A stretch of DNA of 64,000 nt from Sedimentisphaerales bacterium (GTDB lineage Bacteria; Planctomycetota; Phycisphaerae; Sedimentisphaerales; SM23-30): assembly GCA_963663965.2 (NCBI GenBank), contig CAXXFK010000030.1, positions 32,001 through 96,000 on the forward strand. Reading direction: 5' to 3'. The position numbers were made by a program, and so were the translations under genes. The notes beneath the pieces are model-generated. The model made no database searches, was not told where the DNA came from, and saw only the letters and a list, made by a program, of their open reading frames with translations. Positions 9,140-19,000 of this stretch are shown piece by piece. Numbering within the stretch: the first letter of the stretch is position 1; every line of letters starts with the position of its first letter.

Positions 9140-9187
9140 TTGCGATTGCCATCGTGAAATGAACAGCAATTCATCGGAGGAGATGAA

Positions 9188-10255
9188 ATGAAGAAGGCAA
9201 CGCTTGCTACTGTTATTATGCTGGCATCTGTTATCGGGGTGTTGCCGGTGGGAGCCGGTTGTCCCTCGGCGGATTTGAATGGGGATTGTCAGGTCGATCT
9301 GGAAGATTTTGGCATTGTCTCGGCGCAATGGCTGATCACCTACGATCAGGTTAATCTGACGCAGATCACAGATCAATGGCGTATGGGGCCGGTGGTTCCG
9401 GCGGGGATCGAATTTGCGACGATTCCGGGCGGGACGTTTCAGATGGGCGACAGTTTTTCGGAAGGTCTGCCGTTTGAAAGGCCGGTTCATACCGTTACGG
9501 TGAGTTCGTTTAAGATGAGCCGTCATGCAATTACCGCAGCCCAGTATGTTCATTTTCTCAATGAGGCGGCCGCGGCGGGATTAGTCAAGGAACGTTACGG
9601 CACAATCTATCCGATAGACGATCATGTGTATGGTCAGCCCTGGTGTGATATTTCATCGTGGTACGGTTCCAGTCCGATCGTTTATGATAACGGTGTTTTT
9701 TCGGTTCAGGTGGTGGATGGCGAGGACCGTAGCAATCATCCGGTGGTGCATGTCAGCTGGATAGGCGCGAAGGCGTTTTGCGATCAATATGGTTTCATAT
9801 TCCCAACCGAGGCGCAATGGGAGTATGCGGCGCGCAGCGGTGAAGCGGGCCGGCGATACCCGTGGGGGAACACTATTACTCATGACCTGGCGAATTATTA
9901 TAGCGATCCATATTATGCCTACGATATCAGTGACACCCGGGGCTATCATCCGCATTTTAAAACCACCGCATTTAATTACACTGCTCCGGTTGGTACTTTT
10001 GCACCGACGGGTTATGGCCTGCATGAGATGATCGGCAATGTTTATGAGTGGTGTGGAGACTGGTACGCGGATTATTCCGCCGAGCCGCAGATCGATCCGA
10101 CCGGACCGACGACCAAGCCGGAAATTGCCGCGGCGCGGGTGACTCGCGGCGGCTGCTGGCAGTTTGGCGCTTATTACTGCCGCAATTCGTCGCGTTCGGC
10201 CCGGGAGCCCGATTTTCGCGAGCCCTATATCGGGTTCCGGGTGGTGCAGCCGTAA
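9188..10255 (+). CDS. Secreted FGE/sulfatase-modifying-factor (SUMF1-like, CLec fold) protein with an N-terminal dockerin-like repeat
   Basis: ADLNGDCQVDLEDF...W repeat, then GGTFQMG, HPVVHVSW, PTEAQWEYAAR, YGLHEMIGNVYEW, RGG and IGFR. Confidence 0.9.
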   Translation: MKKATLATVIMLASVIGVLPVGAGCPSADLNGDCQVDLEDFGIVSAQWLITYDQVNLTQITDQWRMGPVVPAGIEFATIPGGTFQMGDSFSEGLPFERPVHTVTVSSFKMSRHAITAAQYVHFLNEAAAAGLVKERYGTIYPIDDHVYGQPWCDISSWYGSSPIVYDNGVFSVQVVDGEDRSNHPVVHVSWIGAKAFCDQYGFIFPTEAQWEYAARSGEAGRRYPWGNTITHDLANYYSDPYYAYDISDTRGYHPHFKTTAFNYTAPVGTFAPTGYGLHEMIGNVYEWCGDWYADYSAEPQIDPTGPTTKPEIAAARVTRGGCWQFGAYYCRNSSRSAREPDFREPYIGFRVVQP

Positions 10256-10436
10256 GGAACCGCGCATAAATAACTACTCCATTTTTCATCCCATCTTGCC
10301 ACCATCTTCAGCCGCTTCTCAATCGCGAAATCCTCGACATAGAATAGCTATGCCTGCGGTTTTGCTCAATCGGCGCGACTGAATCTGACAACAAACTGTG
10401 CGAGAAATGTAGCATTTATTTATGCGCGGCTCCTTA
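10253..10436. mobile_element. MITE-like non-autonomous element (180 bp plus TA duplication)
   Basis: 19-bp TIRs AGGAACCGCGCATAAATAA (10255-10273) / TTATTTATGCGCGGCTCCT (10416-10434) with 1 mismatch, flanked by TA on both sides; no credible ORF. Confidence 0.75.
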
Positions 10437-10676
10437 GCTACGGATTTTTAGTTTTGGCTTGGTTGCATGAATCAACTGAAATTTCTATCAGTTGGGTTCG
10501 GGTAGTTTTGTTTGCGCGTGCGGGAACGATCGGGCTAATTTGACCCCATTGCTTTTATACTTGACTCCGGTAAGTCGGTGAATATAGTAATGTTTGTTGG
10601 CCGCGTTGATCATGATTTGATTTGCGACTTCAAAAGCGGCTTGTTTGATATTTTTTTTATTATTTTGGGGATCATA

Positions 10677-11549
10677 ATGATAATTCGAGGTAAGTTGATT
10701 ATTGGTTTGGTAAGTTTATCGATGATTATTGTGAGTGGTTGTATCCGGGTGATGCCAAAGGAGACAGCCGGGGTGGAAGAACAGGTATCGGATTCGGTTG
10801 CTATTGCCATGTGTCAGATTTTTTGTCTGGACGGGGATCGGGAGGGTAATTTTGTGCGGATCGAGAACGCCTTAAAGAAAGCGGTCGCGGCGGGGGCGGA
10901 GGTGGCGTGTTTTCCGGAGACGGCGTTGCTGGGCTGGGTGAATCCGGACGCCCATCAGCGGGCGCTGGCGATACCGGGGGCGGATTCGGAGCGGCTGTGT
11001 GGTCTGGCGGCGCGTTATGGTGTTTATCTCTGCATCGGGCTGGCGGAGAAAGAAGGTGACAAGCTGTACGATACGGCGTTGCTGATTGATGATAACGGTG
11101 AGATTCTGCTTAAGCATCGCAAGATCAATATTATGCAGGGGTTGATGACGCCGGGTTATACCCCGGGGGACTCGGTTCGGGCGGTCGATACCGAGCTGGG
11201 GCGTATGGGTGTGTTGATATGCGCGGATACCTTTGATGACAAGATACTGGAGAAGATGCGGGCGCAAAGGCCGGAGATCCTGCTGGTACCTTATGGCTGG
11301 GCGGCGCGGGAGGAGCAATGGCCGGGCCATGGCAAGGCATTGGAAAACACTGTGGTCAGGGCGGCCCAGGCGGTTGGATGTCCATTGGTTGGCACTGATC
11401 TGGTGGGGGCCATTTCACAGGGGCCGTGGCAGAAGATGGTTTATGGCGGGCAGAGTATTGCGGTGGATGCCGAGGGGCAGGTTCTGGGACGCTGTTGTGA
11501 TCGGGATTGGGATGTGCAATTGGTTCGAGTGAGGCGGAGTAAACGATGA
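10677..11549 (+). CDS. Carbon-nitrogen hydrolase (nitrilase superfamily), probable lipoprotein
   Basis: E-K-C triad motifs FPE, HRK and ICAD; hydrophobic leader ending VSGC. The start is uncertain (track start 10578). Confidence 0.85.
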   Translation: MIIRGKLIIGLVSLSMIIVSGCIRVMPKETAGVEEQVSDSVAIAMCQIFCLDGDREGNFVRIENALKKAVAAGAEVACFPETALLGWVNPDAHQRALAIPGADSERLCGLAARYGVYLCIGLAEKEGDKLYDTALLIDDNGEILLKHRKINIMQGLMTPGYTPGDSVRAVDTELGRMGVLICADTFDDKILEKMRAQRPEILLVPYGWAAREEQWPGHGKALENTVVRAAQAVGCPLVGTDLVGAISQGPWQKMVYGGQSIAVDAEGQVLGRCCDRDWDVQLVRVRRSKR

Positions 11550-11932
11550 AGATTGAGCATATCGCGATCTGGGCGCGGGATATTGAACGGCTGCGGGAAT
11601 TTTATGAAACCTATTTTGAGGCGAAAGCGGGGGAACGGTATGTCAATGATGCGAAGGGTTTTTCATCCCGGTTTCTCAGGTTTGAATCGGGCGCGCGGTT
11701 TGAGTTAATGCAAATGGATGGGATTGAGGCCGGGCCTGAATCTGATGGGCTTTGTTTTGGATTGGCGCATTTTGCGATATCGGTGGGATCGGAAACCAGG
11801 GTGGATCAGTTAACGGCCAGGCTCAAAGCCGACGGGTATTGCGTGTTGGATGGCCCAAGGCGGACCGGGGATGGGTATTATGAGGCGACGGTTCTGGATC
11901 CGGAGAATAATCGGCTGGAAATTACGGTTTGA
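11546..11932 (+). CDS. VOC/glyoxalase family protein
   Basis: Motifs IEHIAIW, ELM, HFAISVG, GPRRTGDGYYE and DPENNRLE; ATGA overlap with the upstream gene. Confidence 0.9.
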   Translation: MKIEHIAIWARDIERLREFYETYFEAKAGERYVNDAKGFSSRFLRFESGARFELMQMDGIEAGPESDGLCFGLAHFAISVGSETRVDQLTARLKADGYCVLDGPRRTGDGYYEATVLDPENNRLEITV

Positions 11933-11952
11933 AAGAAACAAAATCATAAAAG

Positions 11953-11988
11953 AAACCTCCAGGTCTGTTATCAGAACCTGGAGGTTTT
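11953..11988. terminator. Bidirectional intrinsic terminator
   Basis: AAACCTCCAGGT-loop-ACCTGGAGGTTTT between convergent genes. Confidence 0.75.
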
Positions 11989-12042
11989 GAAATTGGTTTA
12001 CAAGCAGTCAAGGCGATTCATCATCGCCAGTATAAACAGGAT

Positions 12043-12762
12043 TTATCGTTGGGTTCGTTTTCTGAACCAGCCGATTACTCCGGTACCCAATCCGCTCAAT
12101 AATAATGCACCCGGGGCCGGGACTGCTGAAGTGCAGCCAGCTGATGCGTAAACTACATTATCGTAGCCTATAATGTCACTGCCAACACCGTCAAATTGGA
12201 TAGTTAATTTGGTTATGTTCTGAGCGTCACTCATCAGACCCATGAAATAAAGATTATTGGGCTGGAAATTAAGGTTAATGCTGTCAAAGGTTCCCAATAC
12301 GTTATCGTAACTATCATAGGCTGTCATGATCACTTCACTGCCATAATCAATACCATACCATTTGTCAATCGTGAACAAACCGGCACCCATAACAGCATTA
12401 TCAAACGTCAGTGTCAGGATTGAGTTGGCATACGCGCGAATGAAGTAAGATGGGGTATGTGTGCCTTCACCTGATTGCGAATAGTCATGATTGGCCTGGG
12501 CGGGTCCGGTACCAAATTCAACTGATCCAATGTTAGCATAATTTATCGTAACACCACTATAGAAGCCACTTTGTAAAGAACCGGTGGGGTGAGTATCGAA
12601 GTTCATATCGGTATTGATGGTTGCCCCGGCCGCATTGGCGGCATTGAACCAGTCCAGTGAATTGGATGATGGATTACTCACAAATCCTGTTATACCCGCA
12701 TTAAGCTGGATGCAAAACAGGCAAACGACCACAATGGATGACCATACAAATTTTCTTGTCAT
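12043..12762 (-). CDS. PEP-CTERM-type sorted surface protein (VPAPGA variant)
   Basis: N-terminal signal peptide; C-terminal VPAPGALLL, TM helix and basic RKR tail. Confidence 0.85.
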   Translation of the reverse strand: MTRKFVWSSIVVVCLFCIQLNAGITGFVSNPSSNSLDWFNAANAAGATINTDMNFDTHPTGSLQSGFYSGVTINYANIGSVEFGTGPAQANHDYSQSGEGTHTPSYFIRAYANSILTLTFDNAVMGAGLFTIDKWYGIDYGSEVIMTAYDSYDNVLGTFDSINLNFQPNNLYFMGLMSDAQNITKLTIQFDGVGSDIIGYDNVVYASAGCTSAVPAPGALLLSGLGTGVIGWFRKRTQR

Positions 12763-13157
12763 AACTCTATTCTCCTAAGAACGTTATATGACTCTATTTT
12801 TATTATCGGACGACTTGCCGATAACCAGTTGTCAGTAAACAATAAACAAAACCTTTGCGGAAAATCCTGAAAAGCAGGGTGTTCACCCAAACAACGGAAT
12901 ACCAATCATCATAAAAGGATTTTATCAAAATTCGCCCATTATGTCAATCGTGGTTACTACGGTATTTTTCATGTTTTTCTGTTGATAATTATTTACATGG
13001 TGTGATTCTGTCAACAATACCAATTTTTTCGATTGACTTTATGAAAAGGGGAAACCTATAAAAGTATGGTTGATAGCGGAAGCGTTGTTATCGGACTGGC
13101 AAGGTCGATAAGCGAGTTTCGCCATAAGGAGATCAGGGATTTAGAAAGGAGCTTCTA

Positions 13158-13781
13158 ATGGAAACTGGCGTACCGGCAATTGAGGTTGGCAGCGAGGTAT
13201 GGGAACAACTGGTCAAACTGGCCAGTTTTGGAACGGCGGGCGTGTGTGTTTTGATCGTATTTATTGTCGGGGTGTGTATCATGCGATTACCCAGTGATAC
13301 CTCTGCGTTGAAAGTATCGTTGATTAAGTGGTATATGACGGTTTGTACTATCATCGCGTTCATTTCAGCGGGATCAGGGATTGCCAACGCCTATTTTAAT
13401 CGGGAGAAGCTGGTCGTCGCGAATCGTCAGATCGGGATTGCCAACCAGCAGATCGAAGAAGCGGAAACGCAAGCGGAGACGGCCCGTATCGAGCAGCAGG
13501 CCACATTGGAGGTGCTGGAAAGGAACCGGGCGGAGATCGACGATACCAAACTGGCTTTGTCACGGATCATTAGCGATTTGGAACCGGTTAGCGCCATACC
13601 GAGAACCAAGATTGACGAGTTGAAATCGGCCCAGGTTCGCTTGCAGGAGATCAGCGGCAGGCGGGTAGAGGCAATCGAAGAAGGCGTTCAGAAACGCCGA
13701 CCTGAGACACGTATCAATGAGGGGGCTAATAAAGCGGTTCCGGTACCGGGACGGGATTCGCGTTTGCAGCCTGGTGGATAA
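13158..13781 (+). CDS. Hypothetical membrane protein (2 TM plus coiled coil)
   Basis: AAGGAG RBS; two hydrophobic helices followed by an E/Q/A-rich heptad region. Confidence 0.75.
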   Translation: METGVPAIEVGSEVWEQLVKLASFGTAGVCVLIVFIVGVCIMRLPSDTSALKVSLIKWYMTVCTIIAFISAGSGIANAYFNREKLVVANRQIGIANQQIEEAETQAETARIEQQATLEVLERNRAEIDDTKLALSRIISDLEPVSAIPRTKIDELKSAQVRLQEISGRRVEAIEEGVQKRRPETRINEGANKAVPVPGRDSRLQPGG

Positions 13782-13841
13782 ATATGGTTGTGAGGCGTTT
13801 TAAATTTCAATAGCACTTTTAAACTGGAGGTATAGACGATT

Positions 13842-14417
13842 ATGGCAATTGAGCTTTTTTCCGATTTAATCGATGTCCTGGGCAAGGTGGCTAATAGTAT
13901 CAAGAGTATGGCCGAGTTTTCCGCTGCCGAGCGAGATAAGATCCGTCAGACCCTGGATGAGACTTATCGGTTAATCGATTCGACGTTGAATATGGTGATT
14001 GTGCGACTGGGAGACATTAAGCTGGAAGAGGAGGATGGCAAGTTTCTGGCGGAATGTTTCCAACTGGATAATTATAACGACTGGATGCAGGTTGAGCGGG
14101 ATTTTCGATTATGCCGGGCGCTGAGGGTGGCCCTGCGTGAGATGGAGACGCTGAAAGGAAAACTGGCCAGTAAGGTCAGCGCCAAAGACTGGGATACCTT
14201 GCTCTATTTAATGAACTCAATTATTGCCACGGAGGGAGAAGTGGCGATGTTCATATCACAGAAATTTCGGCAACTGGCCGATGAGGCCCGTGCCGCGAGT
14301 GAGGGAAGTCCGGCGGTACCGGCGATCCGATCCGATTTACAAGCGTTTCGTTCGGCGCTGATTGATGAGCGACAGGCGCTGATTCAGCAGGAAATCACGC
14401 TGTATGATGTTGTGTAG
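13842..14417 (+). CDS. Hypothetical all-helical protein
   Basis: GGAGG RBS; 191-aa amphipathic helical pattern. Confidence 0.8.
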   Translation: MAIELFSDLIDVLGKVANSIKSMAEFSAAERDKIRQTLDETYRLIDSTLNMVIVRLGDIKLEEEDGKFLAECFQLDNYNDWMQVERDFRLCRALRVALREMETLKGKLASKVSAKDWDTLLYLMNSIIATEGEVAMFISQKFRQLADEARAASEGSPAVPAIRSDLQAFRSALIDERQALIQQEITLYDVV

Positions 14418-14492
14418 ATTTGGGGCAATTCCGCACAAACGTTTCATTGTTGACAATTTATTATTTTGACAGAAATTAAACAGGAGGCGATC

Positions 14493-16079
14493 ATGTCGAT
14501 CAATACGCATCATCCCTATCACCCTATTATATTTGTGCGCGGTTTTGCCATGACCCAGAGCGAGATCGAAGAGGCGGTTGCCGATCCGTATATGGGATTT
14601 AATATCGGCTCGACCAAGACGCGGATGGCCTGGTCCGGGGATGTCAGGCGGTTTTTCTTCGAGTCGCCGCTGGTGCGGCTGATGACCGAATATCAATACA
14701 GCGACACTTACTATGACGGGGACGATCTGCTGGCCAAGGATCATTCGGATATCGCCATGCCCTATCGCAGTATCGTCATCTATCGCTATTATGACGAAGC
14801 GAGCAAGGATTTTGGTTCGGGCGAAACCCCACCGATCGAGCAGTTTGCCAAAGGATTGAACCAGTTGATTCTGGTATTGCGCGATCGCATTTGCAGTAAT
14901 CCGAAAAACGAAGTGACACCGGGCGATTTTCGGGTTTATCTAGTGGCTCATTCCATGGGCGGATTGATCTGTCGGGCGTTTATGCAGAATTCGAAGCTGA
15001 GCGAACCGGAAGCCAGACAGGCGGTCGATAAACTATTTACCTATGCCACACCCCACAACGGGATCGACATGCGGGTTGTGCGTAATGTTCCGGGCTGGTT
15101 GAGTTTTGGCGATATCAACAATTTCAATCGCGATCGGATGGCCGGCTATCTGGGGTATGCGGAAGCTGAAAAGGATGGCAACGTCTCGCGTATTGTCCAT
15201 TTTCCGGCTGAGCGCGTTTTTAACCTGGTAGGGACTAACGCGCGCGATTACGCGGTGGCGAGCGGGTTATCGGCCTGGGCGGTTGGGGACGCCAGCGACG
15301 GTCTGGTACGGATCGAAAACGCCACCACCTTTGGCATTGGTCCTGATGGCAGTAAAGTGACCTCGCCGCGCGCGTTTGTGCATCGCAGTCATTCGGGCCA
15401 TTACGGGATCGTGAATTCGGAAGAGGGCTATCAGAACCTGACCCGGTTTTTGTTTGGGGCCTTGCGGATCGATGGCATTCTGGATATCGACGCGATATCT
15501 CTGCCCCCGGAGGTCCAGCGTGAATATCAGGATGGCAAGAAGATCCGGGCGTCCTATCAGTTTGAGATCGCGGTAAGTGTGCGAGGGTGTCAATGGCAGT
15601 TGACGCGCCGGGAAGTGCGTGAAAATTCGGCGATGTTCCGGGAATACGACACGTTATTTCCAAAGAGCGGCGATGGAAAACGCGCGCCGGATCGCTCCCA
15701 GAGTCCGCATCTGTTTTCGGTTTTTCTCGATCCGAGTCAAAGCGTCAAGGCGTCCGGTTCGGTCAGTTTCGCGTTTGATTTGAAAATGCTGGTGCCCGAT
15801 TACGAAGTTGACGGCATTCTTTTCATGAAGCGGCATTATGAAGGCGGTTATATTTTGCGCGAATTGATCCTGGTGGAGGCCATTCCGGATAAGAAGACGG
15901 ACACCGGCTGGCGTATCAAATATGGTTATCAGGAAATGAATCCAGGCAAGCCCGGCAAATCGGCTGATATGTACGCAATCGATCAAGGCAATGGAATTGC
16001 GTTTGATATTCCCATCGAACAGAAGACGCGGCCCGGCATGAAAGGGACGCTCAGGATTGAAGCGCGGCCCTGGCGGTAA
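14493..16079 (+). CDS. Alpha/beta-hydrolase (lipase/PGAP1-like) with a C-terminal beta-rich extension
   Basis: Motifs PIIFVRG, VAHSMGGL, TPHNG, SDGLV and RSHSG; AGGAGG RBS before ATG 14493. Confidence 0.8.
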   Translation: MSINTHHPYHPIIFVRGFAMTQSEIEEAVADPYMGFNIGSTKTRMAWSGDVRRFFFESPLVRLMTEYQYSDTYYDGDDLLAKDHSDIAMPYRSIVIYRYYDEASKDFGSGETPPIEQFAKGLNQLILVLRDRICSNPKNEVTPGDFRVYLVAHSMGGLICRAFMQNSKLSEPEARQAVDKLFTYATPHNGIDMRVVRNVPGWLSFGDINNFNRDRMAGYLGYAEAEKDGNVSRIVHFPAERVFNLVGTNARDYAVASGLSAWAVGDASDGLVRIENATTFGIGPDGSKVTSPRAFVHRSHSGHYGIVNSEEGYQNLTRFLFGALRIDGILDIDAISLPPEVQREYQDGKKIRASYQFEIAVSVRGCQWQLTRREVRENSAMFREYDTLFPKSGDGKRAPDRSQSPHLFSVFLDPSQSVKASGSVSFAFDLKMLVPDYEVDGILFMKRHYEGGYILRELILVEAIPDKKTDTGWRIKYGYQEMNPGKPGKSADMYAIDQGNGIAFDIPIEQKTRPGMKGTLRIEARPWR

Positions 16080-16084
16080 ACAGT

Positions 16085-19000
16085 TTAATTGTCGTTTTTG
16101 AGCCAGTTGCCGGCCAGAATAAAGAAGTCTGTCATATCGACGGCGCTGTTGCCGTTCAGGTCGGCGCCCTGGCAGCGCGGGTTATCCATGCAGCCGGTTG
16201 TCATCCATTGCGACACCAGACCCAGCAAATCTTCCATGCCCTGGGAGCCGGAATAGATGTTGGCAACCTGAATTGTCATCTGAGCCGTATCGAACAGGCC
16301 TTCGGGGTCCTGGACACGGATTTTAAAGGCATTGAGACCGACATTGGTATTCTGTGGCGTTCCGGAAAGTGAGCCATTACCGGCGATGGTCAACCAGTTG
16401 GGTCCGGACATTTTGCTGAACGTGACGGTAGCCATGCCATCCGCATCGGTCGCATAGGTCGAAAGTGGGGCGCCGGTATAACTGCTGAGTTCGATTCCAT
16501 TCAGATTGCCGATTGGATCGGTAATAAATGAGGGCGCGGTATTTCCTGCGGCAATCGCGGCGATCTGGGTCGCTGACAGGGCGTAGTTATAAATGCGGAA
16601 ATCGTCAATGCGGCCGTTAAAAAGCGGATCTCCGGGCCATTGGCTATCGCCAATAAAGTTATTGGCCGGATTGAAATCAGATGGATTGATGGAAATGTTA
16701 TTGTCAGAATCCCGTTGAGTACCGTTCACATAGAGTTTGCCGACATTGCCTTGCAGTGTGACCGCTATGTGCACCCACTGACCGGTTGGCAATATGGCGG
16801 TTTCCAGCATCTGTTCGGCGCCGTTACCTGATGTCGTGACCGCGAACCGCAGGGTGCCGCCGCCTGAGCGCGGCGTCAGGAACATGTACTGAGAGGTATT
16901 ATTGCCGAAATCAAAAATACGCTGCCAATAGCCGCCGCCATCCCAGTTTACCCATGCGGTTACGGTTATATCCTCCATGTTGAACAGACCGGCCGGCAAG
17001 GTCACATAATCCTGGCTGCCGTCCAGGTCAATGGCCTGATCGATTCTACCGGCAGGATAAGTTACGGCTCCGGTAATGGTGCCATGGTTGGTACCGATAC
17101 TGTCGTTTGGGTTATTATCAAAAGTATAATGGGCTATCATACTCAGGCTGTGGACGGTTATGGAGAGCATGGCATCGTCATAGTCGCCATTACTATCGCT
17201 GACTCGCAGGGTAAATATATTTTCGCCGACATCCGTTGCTGTGGGTATGCCGGAAAGGGCGCCATTGGAATCCACGGTAAGCCAGTCCGGCCCGTTTATT
17301 TTACTGAAGGTCAGGGTATCCCCGGCATCGATGTCGGACGCCTCGCCGGAAATCGAGCCGCTGTAAAGGGTGTTTTCCAGAGCGTCGGTTATGATAATCG
17401 ATTGCGTATTCCAGGCGGGCGGGTCATTGACATTGATGACATTGATGATCAGCGCCGCTTCGTCACTATTATCGTTACTATCGCTGACACGAATGGTGAA
17501 TGTATTCGAGCCCGTGTCACTATTGGCGGGTGTGCCGGAGAGTTCGCCATTGCCAGCTACGATGAGCCAGTCCGGTCCGCTTACCTTGCGGTAGGTTAAC
17601 GGATCGTTTTGGGGATCGGTGGCGCTGTCGGCGATGGAGTCAAGATAGGCTGAATCTTGGGTGGCGTCGGTCGCGTTGACCGGATTACTTAAAAAAACCG
17701 GAGAATTCAATTCCCGGCCGATGGTCACCAGGGCCATAATGTCTGGTTTTGGCAGGGCATGATGGTAGATTCTGAAATCATCGAACAGGCCATGAAAATA
17801 CGGGTCCGACCAGCGGCTTTTGCCAATGAAATTTTCGGTTGGATTAAGATCGGTTGGATTCAAGGTGATGTTGTCGCTAGTAGCCGCCTCCAAACCATTG
17901 ACGTACAGTGTTCCCGTATCGCCTGCCAGGGTAACGGCGACATGAGTCCACTGACCGACGGCGAGTCGGGAAGATTCGAGTGTCTGTTCACCGCCGCTGG
18001 TGGTCCGGATGGTGAAACGCATCGTTTTATTACTGGTAGAGGGAGTCAGGTACATATATTTAGAGGTACTGCTGCCGAAATCAAAAATCCGCTGCCAGTT
18101 GCTGCCGCCATCCCATCTGATCCAGGTTGCGATGGTGATATCCTCATGATTAACGGTGTCGCCGGGAATTGACAAATAATCGTCGGCGCCATCCAGATCG
18201 ATGGCATGATCACCAAGGTATCCGGCTGAGTATGCCGGGGCGCCATTGGGAGTCGCGTGAAAATTGTTGCCGGATGAGTCAAAGGTGTCGCCTTCGAAGT
18301 CGTATTGCACATCAGCGGTTTCAACGGCGGTCCGGTCAATCATATCGGCGATAAAGGTATGGTCGCCGGCATAGACCGATCCCAGGCTCAGCGCGCTTTT
18401 AGCGCTGGTGCGATAGGCTGAACCGCCGGGATAGCCATTGCTGTTGACGCCGGCAGTTTCAAAAGAAAAGTTCGGGCCGGAAGAGGGTACGGTGATATCG
18501 AAGGCGTATTGGGTATCTGGTGGTAAGGCGATCACCTGGCCCAGATCGAAATGGATCCAGGTTCCCGTTCCAGTGTTATTCGTGGCGGGATCGGCCATCA
18601 GGGTGTTGCCCGGTTCATCGCCGGTTACGGTGTAATTCGATACCAGTATCTCTGACAAGGATGATCCTTGCACAGAGAGTAAGCGAATCTGGAGGCGGGC
18701 GCCGCGGTTATTGATATCCCATTCGGTGGGGGCGTAATTTACATGCCTGAGCCAGAGGCCGGAGAGTAGATAGCCTTGCGGATCGGGACCGGTAGTAAAG
18801 GTCTGTCCCAGCGAGTTATTATCTTGAGAGATGACGGTCGCTGCGTCATTGCCTTCGTTTACATTGCCGGTGTCGGCGGTTGATTCATTCAGAAAATAGA
18901 TATCCTCACTGCCGTAATCGGGCAGATCGCCCTGGAATCGGATGCTTACCTGCTGTTTTCCCTTGAAGGTTACTGAAATGGTATAATTACCGCGGACATT

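Noticed and set aside
9188..10440. FGE/CLec gene as a diversity-generating retroelement target
   Set aside because: No reverse transcriptase and no adenine-variant template repeat of the 3' end were seen in the window; the downstream IR is better explained as a MITE.
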